DNA of 64,000 nt from Nitrospirota bacterium (GTDB taxonomy: Bacteria > Nitrospirota > Thermodesulfovibrionia > Thermodesulfovibrionales > SM23-35), in contig JACAFE010000018.1 in the NCBI GenBank assembly GCA_013388435.1, forward strand, positions 13,390 to 77,389, given 5' to 3'. A program made the position numbers and the translations under genes. Positions 58,495 to 64,000 of the stretch are shown here, piece after piece. The notes under the pieces were generated by a model. The model saw only the letters and a list, made by a program, of their open reading frames with translations. It had not been told where the DNA came from and searched no databases. Positions within the stretch are counted from its first letter, which is position 1. Each line of letters begins with the position of its first letter.

Positions 58495-58872
58495 ATGACA
58501 ACTTTTGCTGTTAGTGAAGAGAAAAACAGATGGCTTAGAAAAAGAATGGAAGAACTTAATATTTTTGAAAAAGATATTGAGGAAAAATTCGTGCGTTCAT
58601 CAGGCCATGGTGGTCAGAATATAAACAAGACCTCAACTTGTGTTTATCTGAGGCATATCCCTACAGGTATTGAAGTTAAATGTATGAAGGACAGAAGCCA
58701 ATCAATAAACCGTTTTCTCGCAAGGAGAGAACTTATAAAAAAAATCGAAATTGCCACGGGAATATCAGGTGAAGATTCAAAGGTAGAAAAAATCAGGAAG
58801 CAAAAAGCAAAGAGGAAAAACAGAGCGGCTATTAAATATACAAATAAAGGGCGGGAGATTCCCGCCCTTTAA
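58495..58872 (+). CDS. RF-1 domain (GGQ) protein, ArfB/YaeJ-like peptidyl-tRNA hydrolase
   Basis: 125 aa. It has the SSGHGGQNINKTSTCV motif and a basic C-terminal tail, KIRKQKAKRKNRAAIKY. Confidence 0.8.
   Translation: MTTFAVSEEKNRWLRKRMEELNIFEKDIEEKFVRSSGHGGQNINKTSTCVYLRHIPTGIEVKCMKDRSQSINRFLARRELIKKIEIATGISGEDSKVEKIRKQKAKRKNRAAIKYTNKGREIPAL
58846..58870. terminator. Bidirectional hairpin terminator between convergent genes
   Basis: AAAGGGCGGGA-GAT-TCCCGCCCTTT, an 11-bp perfect stem. On the minus strand it is followed by TTTATTTGTATATTT, which serves the porin gene. On the plus strand the only T run is the TTT at the base of the stem (58868-58870), followed by A6. It overlaps the last codons of the ArfB-like gene. 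Confidence 0.6.
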
Positions 58873-58881
58873 AAAATGGAT

Positions 58882-60138
58882 TTACCAGTTGTAGATTAAA
58901 GAAGTTGTATATCTCCAGCCATGATTGCTCTTGGTATCCCATTCTGTGTCAACATAAGTTGCTTCAATACCAGCGCTGATGTCTTTGAAGATTTCATAAA
59001 TAAGGTTTCCGTATGCGTATTGGCTCTGCCTGTAAAATGCGCTACCAACATTGTCGTCTTTTGGATCATCAATTCCGTATCCAAGATTTACCTGAAGATC
59101 CTTAAGGGGTTTTACATTCAGCTGCGCCCAACCACCGCTTGTAAGAATTGCATTGCCACTGGCATTGATTGCGCCGCCTTTATGGAAATATTCACTGCCA
59201 AGTCCCTGTCCCATATAAGCTTCACCACGAAGTTCAAACATATTGTATGGTATCGCCATCTCAAGAGCAAGGAGATAAGGAGTTATGTTATTGTCATTTG
59301 ACTTTCCATGTCTGACAGCGGCACCAAGTGAAACCCATGCCTTTTTCTCGAGATCGAGCAACAGTCCGCTATAACCAACTTTAGCCGCAACCCAGGGAAG
59401 ATGAATCTTTGTATCAGTACCTTCATCATCGCTCCAGCGATAACGATAAACTGAGAGAAGACCTTCAAAGCCACCACCAAGTTTTTGCTGAACAGTTATC
59501 TGCGGCGTTCTATTCCAGAGGTTGCCATTGTATCCAGCAATAGCAAAATCAAGAGTTGTGGGATTAAGGTTAGCGATAGGTGTCCAGTCCTGACCTACTC
59601 TGATTGATGTATCGCCTTTTAGAAAGTCAACATATGCAAGGCGGATTCTTAAAGCTCCGTTGCTTGAATTATCTGCTGCATTTCCGTAAAAGTCAGTCTC
59701 AAAGCGTCCTTTAGTAGTCCATCCATACATTGAAGGACCTTCAATTGCAATACCCAATCTTGTATCACGGACATTGAATGTTGCGCGATCCTTACCATCT
59801 GCAGTTTTTGGAATGTATGTGATAAACTCATCTTTACCCATATTATTGGTATCATAAATTGCATCGAATTTAACTTTGCCATAGATATTTAATTTATATT
59901 TTGAATTTACCTTTGCTTCTGCAGGCTGAGCAACAGGAGCAGGCTGTTGTACCTGTTTTGACTGCATTTCATTGATTTTCCCCTGTAATGCTTCGATCTG
60001 TTTTTTCTGATCTTCAACCTGTTTCATAAGTTTTTCCAGTTGACCCTGAAGGTCTTTAACAGTTGGTTCAGCATAAACAGAACCAGTGAAAAGAACAATC
60101 AGGATTGCTACAAAGAACCCTTTGAAAATACCTTTCAT
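58882..60138 (-). CDS. Putative outer membrane porin with N-terminal coiled coil (DcaP-like architecture)
   Basis: The ORF extends to 60195. ATG 60138 follows AAGGAGGGAG and gives the signal peptide MKGIFKGFFVAILIVLFTGSVYA. The coiled coil reads LQGQLEKLMKQVEDQKKQIEALQGKINEM. The body is beta-strand rich and the C-terminus is ...SLIYNW. Confidence 0.6.
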   Translation of the reverse strand: MKGIFKGFFVAILIVLFTGSVYAEPTVKDLQGQLEKLMKQVEDQKKQIEALQGKINEMQSKQVQQPAPVAQPAEAKVNSKYKLNIYGKVKFDAIYDTNNMGKDEFITYIPKTADGKDRATFNVRDTRLGIAIEGPSMYGWTTKGRFETDFYGNAADNSSNGALRIRLAYVDFLKGDTSIRVGQDWTPIANLNPTTLDFAIAGYNGNLWNRTPQITVQQKLGGGFEGLLSVYRYRWSDDEGTDTKIHLPWVAAKVGYSGLLLDLEKKAWVSLGAAVRHGKSNDNNITPYLLALEMAIPYNMFELRGEAYMGQGLGSEYFHKGGAINASGNAILTSGGWAQLNVKPLKDLQVNLGYGIDDPKDDNVGSAFYRQSQYAYGNLIYEIFKDISAGIEATYVDTEWDTKSNHGWRYTTSLIYNW

Positions 60139-60228
60139 GACTCCCTCCTTGGTTTTAATAAATGCCTCTCCTGAATGGAGAGGTTTTGATAGCAAGTTTA
60201 CCTTTACTTTTAAAAAAAAGCAATGCTT

Positions 60229-62925
60229 TCATAACTCAAGCACCACCTTTACTGAATCATCATCAGAAGACATTTTCTTAAATCCCATTTTTTCTGCCCT
60301 GTAAAGCATCCTTGAATTGATTTTTAATATATCCATCCACATCTTTTTTATGCCAAGTTCTTTTGCGATTTTTATGCAATGAAGCATTAAAGCTTTTCCA
60401 ACACCCTGCCCCTGCCATTGATCTCCGACAACAATCGCCATTTCAGCATTTTCAAGGTCTGGAAGTCTGCTCATTCTCACTTCACCTATCATTTTTTCAG
60501 AATCACCTTCTCTAATAACAGCAACAAAAGACATCTCCCTGTCATAATCAACGTGGCAATAACGGGTTAATTCCTCATGGGATATGTCAGATATTTTACG
60601 GAAGAAACGCATTGTCAAAGTATTTTCTGAAGAATTTCTTAAAAGCTCATCAAGCAGGGGTTCATCTTCAGGTCTGATTGGTCTGATAATCACAGCAGGT
60701 CCTTCTTTTAATTTGAATATGTCAATATACTGATCCGGATAGGGACAGATTGAAAGGTGAGGCGGACAGAATTCTCCTTTAACAGGAACAAATCCATCAA
60801 GAACATCTGCTTCAAGAAGAATGCTTGCATCGAGAACAAAACCATCCTGTTCTGTAACAAAGAATGGATTTATATCAATTTCTTTTATGTGTGGAAAATG
60901 GATTACGAGATGAGAAAATCTTACAAGAATTTCTTCAAGATAACGCAGTGTTTTTTCGTATGCTTTATTTTTCTGAAGGTATTTGAAAATTTTTGTTTCA
61001 GCCATCATTCTTCTTGCAAGGGATTGATTCAGAGGTGGTAATCCTACAGAATAATCTTCGAGAGCTTCAATTAATTCTCCTCCTGTTCCGAAAACAATAA
61101 CAGACCCGAATGTCGGATCTTTCTTCGCACCTATAACTAATTCATAACCTCGTTTCAGCACCATAGGCTGAATTATTACCCTTGCATGAGGATCTTTAAG
61201 CAAGATAGCAAGATGTTCAAGTTGTCTGAAAGCTTTCTTGACAGATATCTGATCTCTCAGATTAAGTATAACCCCGCCCTGCTCAAGTTTATGAAATAGT
61301 TTCTGGGAATCAATTTTCATAACAACAGGATACCCAACTATTTCAGCAAGATGAACAGCATCCTCTTCACTTGATGCTGCAAGTGTTTCTATGACAGGAA
61401 TTCCATAATGTTTGAATATTTCATTTACTTCGTGAAAATTTAAAATTAGCCTTTTGTCCTCTGCAGCTTTTCTTATTACTTCTTCAGCTTTATATTCATC
61501 AGGCTCAAAATCCTTTAATATAACCTCGGGGGTTTCGAGCAACATTCTCAGGTTGTAATCATACCGATACATGTAAATAAAGCTGCGCACAGCCTGTTCG
61601 GTCGATACATATGTCGGGATACCATTATTCGTAAGAAATTCTCTTGCTTCAAGAACCTGTTCTTCACCCATCCATGTTGTAAACACTGGTTTATATGGAT
61701 AAGACTTAGCAGCAGAGACAACCGCTTTTGCAATATCTTTTGTGTTTGTAGCATAAGATGGCGTGTGTATAACCAGAATTCCGTCAACTTCTTTATCCTT
61801 CAAACAACTTCTGAGAGCTATCTCATAATCTTCTGGAGTAGCCTCGATAAGAAGATCAACAGGATTTGAGATAAACTTTGCAAATTGAAATTTACCCTGA
61901 AGTGTTTTTACAGTATCGTGGCTTAGTGACGCAAGTTCGCCATCGAGTCTTAATAAAGCGTCAATTGCGATTACTGTTGGAGCACCAGAATTACTTATGA
62001 TTGCGAGGCGATTCCCTTTTGGTCTGCGAAGTTTTGATAAAGATTCTGAAAGATAAAAAAGGTCAAGAGTCTCATCAAGTCTTATAGCTCCAGCCCTCTT
62101 GAATGCTGCATCATATACTTTGTCTTCACCTGCCATAAAGCCTGAATGAGTTAAAGAGACATGCGCCGAGGCTTCGTATTTACCTGATTTAATAACCATA
62201 ATGGGTTTGCTCGAAGCAAAGCTTCTGACAGCAGTCATAAATCTTCTACCATTTTTAATTGACTCAATATATAAAACAATTGCCCTTGTATCAGGATCAA
62301 CTCCGAGAAAATCTATTAAATCAGAAAATTTTATATCAACTTTTGTTCCAACTGAAATAAAATAGCTAAATCCAACATTTTTACTGACTGCCCAATCAAG
62401 TAATGCATATGATAATGTAGCACTTTGCGCAATAAGAGCAATATTCCCTTTGGCAGGAATTCGCGGGAAGAGACTCGCATTTAAGTTCAAGCCTGGTTTT
62501 ATAAATCCAAGCGAATCAGGCCCGAGAACCCGAATACCATATTTTGAAGCAATATTGCTGATCTTTTCCTGCAAAGCTGGAGCATTTTCTATACGTGTTT
62601 TGAAATCAAAACACATCAATATGACACCTTTAATGCCTTTTATACCGCATTCTTCAAGCACAACCGGCAAAGTTGCATTTAAATCTTCAGGACATATTGC
62701 GATAATTGCAAGGTCTATTTCCCTATGAATATCCGTTATTTTTGGATATGCTTCAACTCCCTGAACAGATTCAAATTTAGGGTTGACAGGATATACAGAG
62801 CCTTTGAAACCTTTGCCGAGAAGATTTTTAAAAACAACGAAGCCTATTGAAGCAGGATCTTCACTTGCTCCGATAACCGCTATTCTGCGCGGATTGAAAA
62901 AGAAGTTAAGATTTTTAACCGACAC
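60229..62925 (-). CDS. Pat/YfiQ-type protein lysine acetyltransferase (ADP-forming acetyl-CoA synthetase-like N-terminal region + C-terminal GNAT)
   Basis: 898 aa with a GTG start 5 nt after GGAG. It has CoA-binding (RRIAVIGAS), succinyl-CoA-ligase-like and ATP-grasp regions. The C-terminal GNAT motif is VGDQWQGQGVGKALM. Confidence 0.85.
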   Translation of the reverse strand: MSVKNLNFFFNPRRIAVIGASEDPASIGFVVFKNLLGKGFKGSVYPVNPKFESVQGVEAYPKITDIHREIDLAIIAICPEDLNATLPVVLEECGIKGIKGVILMCFDFKTRIENAPALQEKISNIASKYGIRVLGPDSLGFIKPGLNLNASLFPRIPAKGNIALIAQSATLSYALLDWAVSKNVGFSYFISVGTKVDIKFSDLIDFLGVDPDTRAIVLYIESIKNGRRFMTAVRSFASSKPIMVIKSGKYEASAHVSLTHSGFMAGEDKVYDAAFKRAGAIRLDETLDLFYLSESLSKLRRPKGNRLAIISNSGAPTVIAIDALLRLDGELASLSHDTVKTLQGKFQFAKFISNPVDLLIEATPEDYEIALRSCLKDKEVDGILVIHTPSYATNTKDIAKAVVSAAKSYPYKPVFTTWMGEEQVLEAREFLTNNGIPTYVSTEQAVRSFIYMYRYDYNLRMLLETPEVILKDFEPDEYKAEEVIRKAAEDKRLILNFHEVNEIFKHYGIPVIETLAASSEEDAVHLAEIVGYPVVMKIDSQKLFHKLEQGGVILNLRDQISVKKAFRQLEHLAILLKDPHARVIIQPMVLKRGYELVIGAKKDPTFGSVIVFGTGGELIEALEDYSVGLPPLNQSLARRMMAETKIFKYLQKNKAYEKTLRYLEEILVRFSHLVIHFPHIKEIDINPFFVTEQDGFVLDASILLEADVLDGFVPVKGEFCPPHLSICPYPDQYIDIFKLKEGPAVIIRPIRPEDEPLLDELLRNSSENTLTMRFFRKISDISHEELTRYCHVDYDREMSFVAVIREGDSEKMIGEVRMSRLPDLENAEMAIVVGDQWQGQGVGKALMLHCIKIAKELGIKKMWMDILKINSRMLYRAEKMGFKKMSSDDDSVKVVLEL

Positions 62926-63028
62926 AAAAACTCCGTTTTACTATAAGATTTCTCGTTGGTTCATTCCTTAAAATGATATCATTACTATTATGACACAGCC
63001 TCCGGACAGAGAATAAAAATAACTATTC

Positions 63029-63060
63029 AACCAGGAGTTCAATATTATGAACTCCTGGTT
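63029..63060 (-). terminator. Hairpin terminator downstream of acs
   Basis: AACCAGGAGTTCA-ATATTA-TGAACTCCTGGTT, a 13-bp perfect stem. It starts 10 nt after the acs stop. Confidence 0.65.
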
Positions 63061-63069
63061 ATTTAAAAA

Positions 63070-64000
63070 TTATTGTTTGCCTTTTAGTATTTCATTTACA
63101 ACAGAAGGATCAGCAAGTGTCGAGGTATCTCCGAGATCTTCTGTATCTCCTCTTGCAATTTTTCTTAGAATTCTTCTCATAATCTTGCCGCTTCTTGTTT
63201 TAGGCAGCCCCGGAGCAAACTGAATTTTATCTGGCGTTGCAATAGGACCGATTACCTGTCTTACATGACCGACAAGTATTTTTTTCAACTCAGGTGTTGG
63301 TTCAAAGCCTTCTTTAAGGGTTACATATACATAGATACCTTCACCCTTAATTTCATGCGGATAACCAACAGTTGCTGCTTCTGCAACTGCTTCATGACTT
63401 ACAAGAGCAGATTCAATCTCAGCAGTTCCTATCCTGTGACCTGAAACATTGATAACATCATCTATTCTGCCCATCAGCCAGTAGTCACCGTCTTCGTCAA
63501 CTCTTGCTCCGTCACCTGTAAAATATTTTCCAGGGAATCTTGTAAAATAAACATCCTTAATACGTTTATTCTCAGGGTCTCCATATGTTCCGCGAAGCAT
63601 ACCAGGCCAGGGTTTTTCTATTACGAGATACCCGCCTTCATTTACTCCTGCAGGCGAGCCATCTTCCTTAAGTACTTTAGGAACAACTCCAGGAAAAGGT
63701 CTGCTTGCTGAACCAGGTTTTGTTGCCATAGCACCTGGCAAAGGTGTTATGAGAATTCCTCCTGTTTCTGTTTGCCACCATGTATCTACAATTGGCAGTT
63801 TTGATTTGCCAACATGAGTGTGATACCATATCCATGCTTCAGGATTTATAGGCTCTCCAACAGTGCCAAGAACCCTTAAAGATGAAAGATTTTGTTTATT
63901 AACCCAATCAGGACCCTCTCTCATTAACGCTCTTATAGCAGTTGGAGCGGTATAGAAAATACTTACTCCAAATTTGTCAACAATTTTCCAGAATCTACTT
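63070..64000 (-). CDS. acs: Acetyl-CoA synthetase (AMP-forming), C-terminal ~310 aa (5' end outside the window)
   Basis: The frame stays open upstream of the track M at 63924 ([26 protein letters not shown]...). It contains WWQTETGG and the C-terminal [17 protein letters not shown]. Confidence 0.95.
   Translation of the reverse strand, partial: SRFWKIVDKFGVSIFYTAPTAIRALMREGPDWVNKQNLSSLRVLGTVGEPINPEAWIWYHTHVGKSKLPIVDTWWQTETGGILITPLPGAMATKPGSASRPFPGVVPKVLKEDGSPAGVNEGGYLVIEKPWPGMLRGTYGDPENKRIKDVYFTRFPGKYFTGDGARVDEDGDYWLMGRIDDVINVSGHRIGTAEIESALVSHEAVAEAATVGYPHEIKGEGIYVYVTLKEGFEPTPELKKILVGHVRQVIGPIATPDKIQFAPGLPKTRSGKIMRRILRKIARGDTEDLGDTSTLADPSVVNEILKGKQ

Noticed and set aside
1-64000. Global reassignment of TGA (genetic code 4 or 25) as the explanation for the two in-frame TGAs
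   Set aside because: TGA terminates several well-delimited genes here: tetR at 7594-96, thiE at 27732-34, nuoM at 36246-48, the ABC-2 permease at 56644-46, and the DsrE-like gene itself at 30780-82.
1-64000. CRISPR arrays, IS elements or transposases, integrases, prophage genes, toxin-antitoxin or known defence systems, and rRNA or tRNA genes
   Set aside because: I looked for direct-repeat arrays, recombinase or transposase-like ORFs and GC-rich RNA-like islands and found none. The window looks like core chromosome.

Overview
This is a 64-kb, densely coding chromosomal segment from a low-GC (by eye mid-30s % GC) diderm bacterium. The gene content is 11-subunit nuo without nuoEFG, nfnAB, selenoprotein genes, FadL and TolC/RND. 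It is reminiscent of anaerobic Nitrospirota (Thermodesulfovibrio-like) or deltaproteobacteria-like lineages, but that is only a guess. All calls come from reading the supplied translations and the DNA, with family recognition from memory and no searches run. I call about 54 protein genes: proS (partial), a 1.9-kaa thioester alpha-2-macroglobulin, a TetR-TolC-RND-MFS efflux locus, HDOD plus hybrid kinase, rpoD, a FadL/acyl-CoA synthetase pair, and efp-accB-accC. The rest are thiE, pfk, rluD, nuoABCDHIJKLMN, nfnAB, pbpC, LemA/DUF2207, a YbhGFSR-like ABC exporter, an ArfB-like protein, a porin, and a Pat-like acetyltransferase next to acs (partial). I recognised no rRNA, tRNA, CRISPR, IS, prophage or defence genes. 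The most interesting signals are in the nuo operon. First, nuoB has an in-frame TGA exactly where the first Cys of the tandem-Cys ligand motif of Fe-S cluster N2 should be (FGLA-TGA-CAIEMM). The codon sits inside an 8-bp helix, which makes it a candidate selenocysteine. Second, nuoD carries a ~95-aa 2x[4Fe-4S] ferredoxin-type domain inserted into an otherwise canonical subunit. Third, the operon lacks the NADH-input genes and sits divergently next to nfnAB. A second, textbook-like Sec gene lies elsewhere in the window: a DsrE-family protein with a U-G-V-C motif and a SECIS-like hairpin. It supports Sec decoding in this organism. Other candidates are an orphan plus-strand sRNA (promoter plus strand-specific terminator) convergent with rpoD, and a 26-bp perfect inverted repeat in a 570-bp intergenic region.
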